64,000 bases of DNA from Eledone cirrhosa (taxonomy: Eukaryota), in the NCBI GenBank assembly GCA_964016885.1, contig OZ024744.1, positions 102,920,001 to 102,984,000 of the forward strand. The letters are read 5' to 3'. A model generated the notes under the pieces. The model was not told the DNA's origin. It saw only the letters and a program-made list of their open reading frames with translations, and searched no databases. This document shows, in pieces, positions 12,501 through 24,420 of this stretch; position 1 is the first letter of the stretch; every line of letters begins with the position of its first letter. The translations under genes were made by a program, and so were the position numbers.

Positions 12501-15500
12501 ACCAGTCTACTGCTTAAAGTGGTTCTGTTGCCATGAAACTAAAAAGCAGTCAGTCTAATGTTTAAAGTGGTCCAGTTGCCATGAAACTCAAAAGTAACCA
12601 GTCTACTGTTTAAAATGGTCCTGTTGCCATGAAACTAAAAAGTAGCCAGTCTACTGTTTAAACGGGTCCTGCTGCCATGAAACTAAAAAGTAACCAGTCC
12701 ACTTTTTAAAGTGGTCCTGCTGCCATGAAACTAAAAAGTAACCAGTCCACTGTTTAAAGTGGTCCTGCTGCCATGAAACTAAAAAGTAACCAGTCCACTG
12801 TTTAAAGTGGTCCTGCTGCCATGAAACTAAAAAGTAACCAGTCCACTGTTTAAAGTGGTCCTGTTGCCATGAAACTAATTAAGTAGTCAGTCCACTGTTG
12901 AAAGTGGTCCTGCTGCCATGAAACTAATTAAGTAGTCAGTCCATTGTTTAAAGTGGTCCTGCTGCCATGAAACTAAAAAGTAACCAGTCTACTGCTTAAA
13001 GTGGTCCTGTTGCCATGAAACTAAAAAGTAGTCAGTCTACTGTTTCAAGTGGTCCTGCTGCCATGAAACTAAAAAGTAGTCAGTCTACTGTTTAACGTGG
13101 TCCTGTTGCCATGAAACTAAAAAATAGTCAGTCTACTGTTTAAAGTGGACCTGCTGCCATGAAACTAAAAAGTAGTCAGTATACTGTTTAAAGTGGTCCT
13201 GCTGCCATGAAACTAAAAAGTAACCAGTCCACTGTTTAAAGTGGTCCTGTTGCCATGAAACTCAAAAGTAACCAGTCCACTGTTTAAAATGGTCCTGTTG
13301 CCATGAAACTAAAAAGTAGCCAGTCTAGTGTTTAAAGTAGTCCTGATACCATGAAACTAAAAAGTAACCAGTCCACTGTTTAAAGTGGTCCTGCTGCCAT
13401 GAAACTAAAAAGTAGTCAGTCCACTGTTTAAAGTGGTCCTGCTGCCATGAAACTAAAAAGTAACCAATCCATTGTTTAAAGTGGTCCTGCTGCTAGAAAC
13501 TAAAAAGTATCCAGTCTATTGCTTAAAGTGGTCCTGCTGCCATGAAACTAAAAAGTGACCAGTTCCACTGTTTAAAGTGGTCCTGTTGCCATGAAACTAA
13601 AAATAAACAGTCTACTGTTTAAAGTGGGCCTGTTGCCATGAAACTAAAAAGTAGTCAGTCTACTGTTTAACTGGCCTTGTTGCCATGAAACTGAAAAGTA
13701 ACCAGTCTACTGTTCAAAGTGGTCCTGCTGCCATGAAACTAAAAAGTAGTCAGTCAACTGTTTAAAGTGGTCCTGCTGTCATGAAATTAAAAAGTAACCA
13801 GTCCACTGTTTAAAGTGGTTCTGCTGCCATGAAACTAAAAAGTAGTCAGTCTACTGTTTAAAGTGGTCCTGCTGCCATGAAACTAAAAATAAACAGTCTA
13901 CTGTTTAAAGTGGTCCTGCTGCCATCAAACTAAAAAGTAGTCAGTCTACTGTTGAACTGGTCTTGTTACCATGAAACTAAAAAGTAACCAGTCTACTGTT
14001 CAAAGTGGTCCTGCTGCCATGAAACTACAAAGTTGTCAGTCAACTGTTTAAAGTGGTCCTGCTGCCATGAAACTAAAAAGTAACCAGTTCCACTGTTTAA
14101 AGTGGTCCTGTTGCCATGAAACTAAAAATAAACAGTCTACTGTTTAAAGTGGTCCTGTTGCCATGAAACAAAAAAGTAAACAGTCTACTGTTTAAAGTGG
14201 TCCTGTTGTCGTGAAACTAAAAAGTAACCATTCCACTGTTTAAAGTGGTCCTGCTTCCATGAAACTAGAAAGTAACCAGCCTACTCTTTAAAGTGGTCCT
14301 GTTGCCATTAAACTAAAAAGTAACCAGTCTACTGTTTAAAGTGGTCCTGCTGCCATGAAACAAAAAAGTAGTCAGTCTACTGTTTTAAGTGGTCTTGTTG
14401 CCATGAAACTAAAAGATAGTCAGTTTTCTGTTTAAAGTGGTCCTGCTGCCATGAAACTAAAAAGTAGTCAGTATACTGTTTAAAGTGGTCCTGCTGCCAT
14501 GAAACTAAAAAGTAACCAGTCCACTGTTTAAAGTGGTCCTGCTGCCATGAAACTAAAAAGGAACCAGTCTACTGCTTAAAGTGGTTCTGTTGCCATGAAA
14601 CTAAAAAGCAGTCAGTCTACTGTTTAAAGTGGTCCTGTTGCCATGAAACTAAAAAGTAGTCAGTATACTGTTTAAAGTGGTCCTGCTGCCATGAAACTAA
14701 AAAGTAACCAGCCTATTGCTTAAAATGGTTCTGTTGCCATGAAACTAAAAAGTAGCCAGTCTACTGTTTAAAGTGGTCCTGTTGCCATGAAACTAAAAAG
14801 TAACCAGTCCACTGTTTAAAGTGGTCCTGTTGCCATGAAACTAGAAAGTAACAAGCCTACTCTTTAAAGTGGTCCTGTTGCCATTAAACTAAAAATTAAC
14901 CAGTCTACTGTTTAAAGTGGTCCTGTTGCCATGAAACTAAAAAGTAGTCAGTCTACTGTTTACAGTGATCCCGCTGCCATGAAACTAAAAAGTAGTCAGT
15001 CTACTGTTTAAAGTTGTCCTGTTGCCATGAAACTAAAAAATAGTCAGTCTTCTGTTTAAAGTGGTCCTGCTGCCATGAAACTAAAAAGTAGTCATTATAC
15101 TGATTAAAGTGGTCCTGCTGCCATGAAAGTAAAAAGTAACCAGTCCACTGTTTAAAGTGGTCCTGCTGCCATGAAACTAAAAAGTAACCAATCTACTGCT
15201 TAAAGTGGTTCTGTTGCCATGAAACTAAAAAGCAGTCAGTCTACTGTTTAAAGTGGTCCTGTTGCCATGAAACTCAAAAGTAACCAGTCCACTGTTTAAT
15301 ATGGTCCTGTTGCCATGAAACTAAAAAGTAGCCAGTCTACTGTTTAAAGTGGTCCTGCTGCCATGAAACTAAAAAGTAACCATTGCACTGTTTAAAGTGG
15401 TCCTGCTGCCATGAAACTAAAAAGTAGTCATTATACTGTTTAAAGTGGTTCTGCTGCCATGAAAGTAAAAAGTAACCAGTCCACTGTTTAAAGTGGTCTT

Positions 15501-18500
15501 GCTGCCATGAAACTAAAAAGTAGTCAGTCTACTGTTTAAAGTGGTCCTGTTGCCATGAAACTAAAAAGTAGTCAGTCTACTATTTAAAGTGATCCTGTTG
15601 CCATGAAACCAAAAAGTAGTCAGTCCACTGTTTAAAGTGGTCCTGCTGCCATAAAACTATAAAGTAATCAGTCTACTGTTTAAAGTGGTCCTGCTGACAT
15701 GAAACTAAAAAGTAGTCAGTCCATGTTTAAAGTGGTCCTGCTGCCATGAAACTAAAAAGTAGTCTGTCCACCGTTTAAAGTGGTCGTGCTGCCATGAACC
15801 TAAAAATAGTCAGTCCACTGTTTAAAGCGGTCCTGCTGCCAAGAAATTAAAAAGTAGTCAGTCTACTGTTTAAAGTGGTCCTTCTGCCATGAAAATAAAA
15901 AGTAGTCAGTCCACTGTTTAAAGTGCTCCTGCTGCCATGAAACTAATAAGTAACCAGTCTACTGTTTAAAGTGGTCCTGTTGCCATGAAACCAAAGAGTA
16001 ACCAGTCCACTGTTTAAAGTGCTCCTGCTGCCATGAAACTAAAAATAGTCAGTCTACTTTTTAAAGTGGTCCTGTTGCCATGAAACTAAAAAGTAGTCAG
16101 TCCGATATTTAAAGTGGTCCTGCTGCCATGAAACTAAAAAGTAGTCAGTCTACTGTTTAAAGTAATCCTGTTGCCATGAAACCAAAAAGGAGTCAGTCCA
16201 CTGTTTAAAGTGGTCCTGCTGCCATGAAACTAAAAAGTAGTCAGTCTACTGTTTAAAGTGGTCCTGTTGCCATGAAACTAAAAAGTAGTCAGTCTACTGT
16301 TTAAAGTGGTCCTGCTGCCATGAAACTAAAAAGTAGTCAGTCTACTGTTTAAAGTGGTCCTGCTGCCATGAAACTAAAAAGTAACCAGTCTACTGTTTAA
16401 AGTGGTCCTGCTGCCATGAAACTAAAATTTAGTCAGTCTACTGTTTAAAGTGGTCCTGCTGCCATGAAAATAAAAAGTAGTCAGTCCACTGTTTAAAGTG
16501 GTCCTGCCGCCATGAAACTAAAAATAACCAGTCTACTGCTTAAAGTGGTCCTGTTGCCATTAAACTAAAAAGTAACCAGTCAACTGTATAAAGTTGTCCT
16601 GCTGCCATGAAACTAAAAAGTAACCAGTCTACTGTTTAAAGTGGTCCTGTTGCCATGAAACTAAAGAGTAACCAGTCCACTGTTTAAAGTGCTCCTGCTG
16701 CCATGAAACTAAAAATAGTCAGTCTACTTTTTAAAGTGGTCCTGTTGCCATGAAACTAAAAAGTAGTCAGTTCGATATTTAAAGTGGTCCTGCTGCCATA
16801 AAACTAAAAAGTAGTCAGTCTACTGTTTAAAGTAATCCTGTTGCCATGAAACCAAAAAGTAGTCAGTCCACTGTTTAAAGTGGTCCTGCTGCCATGAAAC
16901 TAAAAAGTAGTCAGTCTACTGTTTAAAGTGGTCCTGCTGCCATGAAACTAAAAAGTAACCAGTCTACTGTTTAAAGTGGTCCTGCTGCCATGAAACTAAA
17001 AAGTAGTCAGTCTACTGTTTAAAGTGGTCCTGCTGCCATGAAACTAAAAAGTAGTCAGTCTACTGTTTAAAGTGGTCCTGCTGCCATGAAACTAAAAAGT
17101 AACCAGTCTACTGTTTAAAGTGGTCCTGCTGCCATGGAACTAAAAAGTAATCAGTCTACTGTTTAAAGTGGGCCTGCTGCTATGAAACTAAAAAGTAGTT
17201 ATTCCACTGTTTAAAGTGGTTCTGCTGCCATGAAACTAAAAAGTAACCAGTCCACTGTTTAAAGTGGTACTGTTGCAATGAAACTAAAAAGTAACCAGTC
17301 CACTGTTTAAAGTGGTACTGTTGCAATGAAACTAAAAAGTAGTCAGTCCACTGTTTAAAGTGGTCCTGCTGCCATGAAACTAAAAAGTAACCAGTCTACT
17401 GCTTAAAGTGGTCCTGTTGCCATGAAACTAAAAAGTAGTCAGTCTACTATTTAAAGTGATCCTGTTGCCATGAAACCAAAAAGTAGTCAGTCCACTGTTT
17501 AAAGTGGTCCTGCTGCCATAAAACTATAAAGTAATCAGTCTACTGTTTAAAGTGGTCCTGCTGACATGAAACTAAAAAGTAGTCAGTCCATGTTTAAAGT
17601 GGTCCTGCTGCCATGAAACTAAATAGTAGTCTGTTCACCGTTTAAAGTGGTCGTGCTGCCATGAAACTAAAAATAGTCAGTCCACTGTTTAAAGTGGTCC
17701 TGCTGCCATGAAACTAAAAAGTAACCAGTCTACTGTTTAAAGTGGTCCTGTTGCCATGAAACTAAAGAGTAACCAGTCCACTGTTTAAAGTGCTCCTGCT
17801 GCCATGAAACTAAAAATAGTCAGTCTACTTTTTAAAGTGGTCCTGTTGCCATGGAACTAAAAAGTAGTCAGTCCGATATTTAAAGTGGTCCTGCTGCCAT
17901 GAAACTAAAAAGTAGTCAGTCTACTGTTTAAAGTTATCCTGTTGCCATGAAACCAAAAAGTAGTCAGTCCACTGTTTAAAGTGGTCCTGCTGCCATGAAA
18001 CTAAAAAGTAGTCAGTCTACTGTTTAAAGTGGTCCTGCTGCCATGAAACTAAAAAGTAACCAGTCTACTGTTTAAAGTGGTCCTGCTGCCATGAAACTAA
18101 AAAGTAGTCCGTCTACTGTTTAAAGTGGTCCTGCTGCCATGAAACCAAAAAGTAGTCAGTCCACTGTTTAAAGTGGTCCTGCTGCCATGAAACTAAAAAG
18201 TAGTCAGTCTACTGTTTAAAGTGGTCCTGCTGCCATGAAACTAAAAAGTAACCAGTCTACTGTTTAAAGTGGTCCTGCTGCCATGAAACTAAAAAGTAGT
18301 CAGTCTACTGTTTAAAGTGGTCCTGCTGCCATGAAACTAAAAAGTAGTCAGTCTACTGTTTAAAGTGGTCCCGCTGCCATGAAACTAAAAAGTAACCAGT
18401 CTACTGTTTAAAGTGGTCCTGCTGCCATGGAACTAAAAAGTAATCAGTCTACTGTTTAAAGTGGGCCTGCTGCTATGAAACTAAAAAGTAGTCAGTCCAC

Positions 18501-20829
18501 TGTTTAAAGTGGTTCTGCTGCCATGAAACTAAAAAGTAACCAGTCCACTGTTTAAAGTGGTACTGTTGCAATGAAACTAAAAAGTAACCAGTCCACTGTT
18601 TAAAGTGGTACTGTTGCAATGAAACTAAAAAGTAGTCAGTCCACTGTTTAAAGTGGTCCTGCTGCCATGAAACTAAAAAGTAACCAGTCCAGTATTTAAA
18701 GTGGTCCTGCTGCCATGAAACTAAAAATTAGTCAGTCTACTGTTTAAAGTGGTCCTGTTGCCATGAAACTAAAAAGTGGTCAGTCTACTGTTCAAAGTGG
18801 TCCTGCTGCCATGAAACTAAAAAGTAGTCAGTCTACTGTTTAACTGGTCTTGTTGCCATGAAACTAAAAAGTAACCAGTCTACTGGTCAAAGTGGTCCTG
18901 CTGCCATGAAACTAAAAAGTAGTCAGTCAACTGTTTAAAGTGGTCCTGCTGCCATGAAACTAAAAAGTAGTCAGTCTACTGTTTAAACTGGTCCTGCTGC
19001 CATGAAACTAAAAAGTAACCAGTTCCACTGTTTAAAGTGGTCCTGTTGCCATGAAACTAAAAAGTAAACAGTCTACTGTTTAAAGTGGTCCTATTGCCAT
19101 GAAACTAAAAAGTAAACAGTCTACTGTTTAAAGTGGTCCTGTTGCCGTGAAACTAAAAAGTAACCATTCCACTGTTTAAAGTGATCCTGTTGCCATGAAA
19201 CCAAAAAGTAGTCAGTCCACTGTTTAAAGTGGTCCTGGTGCCATAAAACTATAAAGTAATCAGTCTACTGTTTAAAGTGGTCCTGCTGACATGAAACTAA
19301 AAAGTAGTCAGTCCATGTTTAAAGTGGTCCTGCTGCCATGAAACTAAAAAGTAGTCTGTCCACCGTTTAAAGTGGTCGTGCTGCCATGAAACTAAAAATA
19401 GTCAGTCCACTGTTTAAAGCGGTCCTGCTGCCAAGAAATTAAAAAGTAGTCAGTCTACTGTTTAAAGTGGTCCTTCTGCCATGAAAATAAAAAGTAGTCA
19501 GTCCACTGTTTAAAGTGGTCCTGCTGCCATGAAACTAAAAAGTAACCAGTCTACTGTTTAAAGTGGTCCTGTTGCCATGAAACTAAAGAGTAACCAGTCC
19601 ACTGTTTAAAGTGCTCCTGCTGCCATGAAACTAAAAATAGTCAGTCTACTTTTTAAAGTGGTCCTGTTGCCATGGAACTAAAAAGTAGTCAGTCCGATAT
19701 TTAAAGTGGTCCTGCTGCCATGAAACAAAAAAGTAGTCAGTCTACTGTTTAAAGTTATCCTGTTGCCATGAAACCAAAAAGTAACCAGTCCACTGTTTAA
19801 AGTGGTACTGTTGCAATGAAACTAAAAAGTAACCAGTCCACTGTTTAAAGTGGTACTGTTGCAATGAAACTAAAAAGTAGTCAGTCTACTGTTTAAAGTG
19901 GTCCTGCTGCCATGAAAATAAAAAGTAGTCAGTCCACTGTTTAAAGTGGTCCTGCTGTCATGAAACTAAAAAGTAACCAGTCTACTGCTTAAAGTGGTCC
20001 TGTTGCCATTAAACTAAAAAGTAACCAGTCAACTGTATAAAGTTGTCCTGCTGCCATGAAACTAAAAAGTAACCAGTCTACTGTTTAAAGTGGTCCTGTT
20101 GCCATGAAACTAAAGAGTAACCAGTCCACTGTTTAAAGTGCTCCTGCTGCCATGAAACTAAAAAGTAGTCAGTCTACTGTTTAAAGTGGTCCTGCTGCCA
20201 TGAAACTAAAAAGTAACCAGTCTACTGTTTAAAGTGGTCCTGCTGCCATGAAACTAAAAAGTAGTCAGTCTACTGTTTAAAGTAATCCTGTTGCCATGAA
20301 ACCAAAAAGTAGTCAGTCCACTGTTTAAAGTGGTCCTGCTGCCATGAAACTAAAAAGTAGTCAGTCTACTGTTTAAAGTGGTCCTGCTGCCATGAAACTA
20401 AAAAGTAACCAGTCTACTGTTTAAAGTGCTCCTGCTGCCATGAAACTAAAAAGTAGTCAGTCTACTGTTTAAAGTGGTCCTGCTGCCATGAAACTAAAAA
20501 GTAGTCAGTCTACTGTTTAAAGTGGTCCTGCTGCCATGAAACTAAAAAGTAACCAGTCTACTGTTTAAAGTGGTCCTGCTGCCATGGAACTAAAAAGTAA
20601 TCAGTCTACTGTTTAAAGTGGGCCTGCTGCTATGAAACTAAAAAGTAGTCAGTCCACTGTTTAAAGTGGTTCTGCTGCCATGAAACTAAAAAGTAACCAG
20701 TCCACTGTTTAAAGTGGTACTGTTGCAATGAAACTAAAAAGTAACCAGTCCACTGTTTAAAGTGGTACTGTTGCAATGAAACTAAAAAGTAGTCAGTCCA
20801 CTGTTTAAAGTGGTCCTGCTGCCATGAAA

Positions 20830-23800
20830 CTAAAAAGTAACCAGTCTACTGCTTAAAGTGGCCCTGTTGCCATGAAACTAAAAAGTAGTCAGTCTACTGT
20901 TTAAAGTGGTCCTGCTGCCATGAAACTAAAAAGTAGTCAGTCTACTGTTTAAAGTGGTCCTGTTGCCATGAAACTAAAAAAATAGTCAGTCTGCTGTTTA
21001 AAGTGGTCCTGCTGCCATGAAACTAAAAAGTAACCAGTCCAGTATTTAAAGTGGTCCTGCTGCCATGAAACTAAAAATTAGTCAGTCTACTGTTTAAAGT
21101 GGTCCTGTTGCCATGAAACTAAAAAGTGGTCAGTCTACTGTTCAAAGTGGTCCTGCTGCCATGGAACTAAAAAGTAGTCAGTCTACTGTTTAACTGGTCT
21201 TGTTGCCATGAAACTAAAAAGTAACCAGTCTACTGGTCAAAGTGGTCCTGCTGCCATGAAACTAAAAAGTAGTCAGTCAACTGTTTAAAGTGGTCCTGCT
21301 GCCATGAAACTAAAAAGTAGTCAGTCTACTGTTTAAACTGGCCCTGCTGCCATGAAACTAAAAAGTAACCAGTTCCACTGTTTAAAGTGGTCCTGTTGCC
21401 ATGAAACTAAAAAGTAAACAGTCTACTGTTTAAAGTGGTCCTGTTGCCATGAAACTAAAAAGTAAACAGTCTACTGTTTAAAGTGGTCCTGTTGCCGTGA
21501 AACTAAAAAGTAACCATTCCACTGTTTAAAGTGATTCTGTTGCCATGAAACCAAAAAGTAGTCAGTCCACTGTTTAAAGTGGTCCTGCTGCCATAAAACT
21601 ATAAAGTAATCAGTCTACTGTTTAAAGTGGTCCTGCTGCCATGAAACTAAAAAGTAGTCTGTCCACCGTTTAAAGTGGTCGTGCTGCCATGAAACTAAAA
21701 ATAGACAGTCCACTGTTTAAAGCGGTCCTGCTGCCAAGAAATTAAAAAGTAGTCAGTCTACTGTTTAAAGTGGTCCTTCTGCCATGAAACTAAAAAGTAA
21801 CCAGTCTACTGTTTAAAGTGGTCCTGTTGCCATGAAACTAAAGAGTAACCAGTCCACTGTTTAAAGTGCTCCTGCTGCGACGAAACTAAAAATAGTCAGT
21901 CTACTGTTTAAAGTTATCCTGTTGCCATGAAACCAAAAAGTAGTCAGTCCACTGTTTAAAGTGGTCCTGCTGCCATGAAACTAAAAAGTAGTCCATCTAC
22001 TGTTTAAAGTGGTCCTGCTGCCATGAAACTAAAAAGTAACCAGTCTACTGCTTAAAGTGGTTCTGTTGCCATGAAACTAAAAAGCAGTCAGTCTACTGTT
22101 TAAAGTGGTCCTGTTGCCATGAAACTCAAAAGTAACCAGTCCACTGTTTAATATGGTCCTGTTGCCATGAAACTAAAAAGTAGCCAGTCTACTGTTTAAA
22201 GTGGTCCTGCTGCCATGAAACTAAAAAGTAACCATTGCACTGTTTAAAGTGGTCCTGCTGCCATGAAACTAAAAAGTAGTCATTATACTGTTTAAAGTGG
22301 TTCTGCTGCCATGAAAGTAAAAAGTAACCAGTCCACTGTTTAAAGTGGTCCTGCTGCCATGAAACTAAAAAGTAACCAGTCTACTGCTTAAAGTGGCCCT
22401 GTTGCCATGAAACTAAAAAGTAGTCAGTCTACTGTTTAAAGTGGTCCTGCTGCCATGAAACTAAAAAGTAGTCAGTCTACTGTTTAAAGTGGTCCTGTTG
22501 CCATGAAACTAAAAAAATAGTCAGTCTGCTGTTTAAAGTGGTCCTGCTGCCATCAAACTAAAAAGTAACCAGTCCAGTATTTAAAGTGGTCCTGCTGCCA
22601 TGAAACTAAAAAGTAACCAGTCTACTGCTTAAAGTGGCCCTGTTGCCATGAAACTAAAAAGTAGTCAGTCTACTGTTTAAAGTGGTCCTGCTGCCATGAA
22701 ACTAAAAAGTAGTCAGTCTACTGTTTAAAGTGGTCCTGTTGCCATGAAACTAAAAAAATAGTCAGTCTGCTGTTTAAAGTGGTCCTGCTGCCATGAAACT
22801 AAAAAGTAACCAGTCCAGTATTTAAAGTGGTCCTGCTGCCATGAAACTAAAAATTAGTCAGTCTACTGTTTAAAGTGGTCCTGTTGCCATGAAACTAAAA
22901 AGTGGTCAGTCTACTGTTCAAAGTGGTCCTGCTGCCATGGAACTAAAAAGTAGTCAGTCTACTGTTTAACTGGTCTTGTTGCCATGAAACTAAAAAGTAA
23001 CCAGTCTACTGGTCAAAGTGGTCCTGCTGCCATGAAACTAAAAAGTAGTCAGTCAACTGTTTAAAGTGGTCCTGCTGCCATGAAACTAAAAAGTAGTCAG
23101 TCTACTGTTTAAACTGGCCCTGCTGCCATGAAACTAAAAAGTAACCAGTTCCACTGTTTAAAGTGGTCCTGTTGCCATGAAACTAAAAAGTAAACAGTCT
23201 ACTGTTTAAAGTGGTCCTGTTGCCATGAAACTAAAAAGTAAACAGTCTACTGTTTAAAGTGGTCCTGTTGCCGTGAAACTAAAAAGTAACCATTCCACTG
23301 TTTAAAGTGATTCTGTTGCCATGAAACCAAAAAGTAGTCAGTCCACTGTTTAAAGTGGTCCTGCGGCCATAAAACTATAAAGTAATCAGTCTACTGTTTA
23401 AAGTGGTCCTGCTGACATGAAACTAAAAAGTAGTCAGTCCATGTTTAAAGTGGTCCTGCTGCCATGAAACTAAAAAGTAGTCTGTCCACCGTTTAAAGTG
23501 GTCGTGCTGCCATGAAACTAAAAATAGACAGTCCACTGTTTAAAGCGGTCCTGCTGCCAAGAAATTAAAAAGTAGTCAGTCTACTGTTTAAAGTGGTCCT
23601 TCTGCCATGAAACTAAAAAGTAACCAGTCTACTGTTTAAAGTGGTCCTGTTGCCATGAAACGAAAGAGTAACCAGTCCACTGTTTAAAGTGCTCCTGCTG
23701 CGACGAAACTAAAAATAGTCAGTCTACTGTTTAAAGTTATCCTGTTGCCATGAAACCAAAAAGTAGTCAGTCCACTGTTTAAAGTGGTCCTGCTGCCATG

Positions 23801-24420
23801 AAACTAAAAAGTAGTCAGTCTACTGTTTAAAGTGGTCCTGCTGCCATGAAACTAAAAAGTAACCAGTCTACTGCTTAAAGTGGTTCTGTTGCCATGAAAC
23901 TAAAAAGCAGTCAGTCTACTGTTTAAAGTGGTCCTGTTGCCATGAAACTCAAAAGTAACCAGTCCACTGTTTAATATGGTCCTGTTGCCATGAAACTAAA
24001 AAGTAGCCAGTCTACTGTTTAAAGTGGTCCTGCTGCCATGAAACTAAAAAGTAACCATTGCACTGTTTAAAGTGGTCCTGCTGCCATGAAACTAAAAAGT
24101 AGTCATTATACTGTTTAAAGTGGTTCTGCTGCCATGAAAGTAAAAAGTAACCAGTCCACTGTTTAAAGTGGTCCTGCTGCCATGAAACTAAAAAGTAACC
24201 AGTCTACTGCTTAAAGTGGCCCTGTTGCCATGAAACTAAAAAGTAGTCAGTCTACTGTTTAAAGTGGTCCTGCTGCCATGAAACTAAAAAGTAGTCAGTC
24301 TACTGTTTAAAGTGGTCCTGTTGCCATGAAACTAAAAAAATAGTCAGTCTGCTGTTTAAAGTGGTCCTGCTGCCATCAAACTAAAAAGTAACCAGTCCAG
24401 TATTTAAAGTGGTCCTGCTG
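20830..24420 (+). repeat. 1,823-bp (38-monomer) tandem duplication, also present in the later copies; ends approximate
   Basis: ATAGACAG at 21701/23524, CGACGAAAC at 21878/23701 and CATTGCAC at 22233/24056 all show offset 1823. The same offset appears at 37981/39804. Confidence 0.85.

Larger units (their letters stand above)
1..15550 (+). repeat. Left flank sub-domain of the satellite (variant family 1); right boundary approximate
   Basis: Diagnostic variants: CCTCTTGCAATG, CTAGAAAGTAACCAGCCTACTCTTT, CCAGCTGCC...AAAGGAGTC, ACCAAAAATTAGTCAGACC, GCTCCCATG, GGCCCTGCTTCC. I did not see these in the core. Confidence 0.8.
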
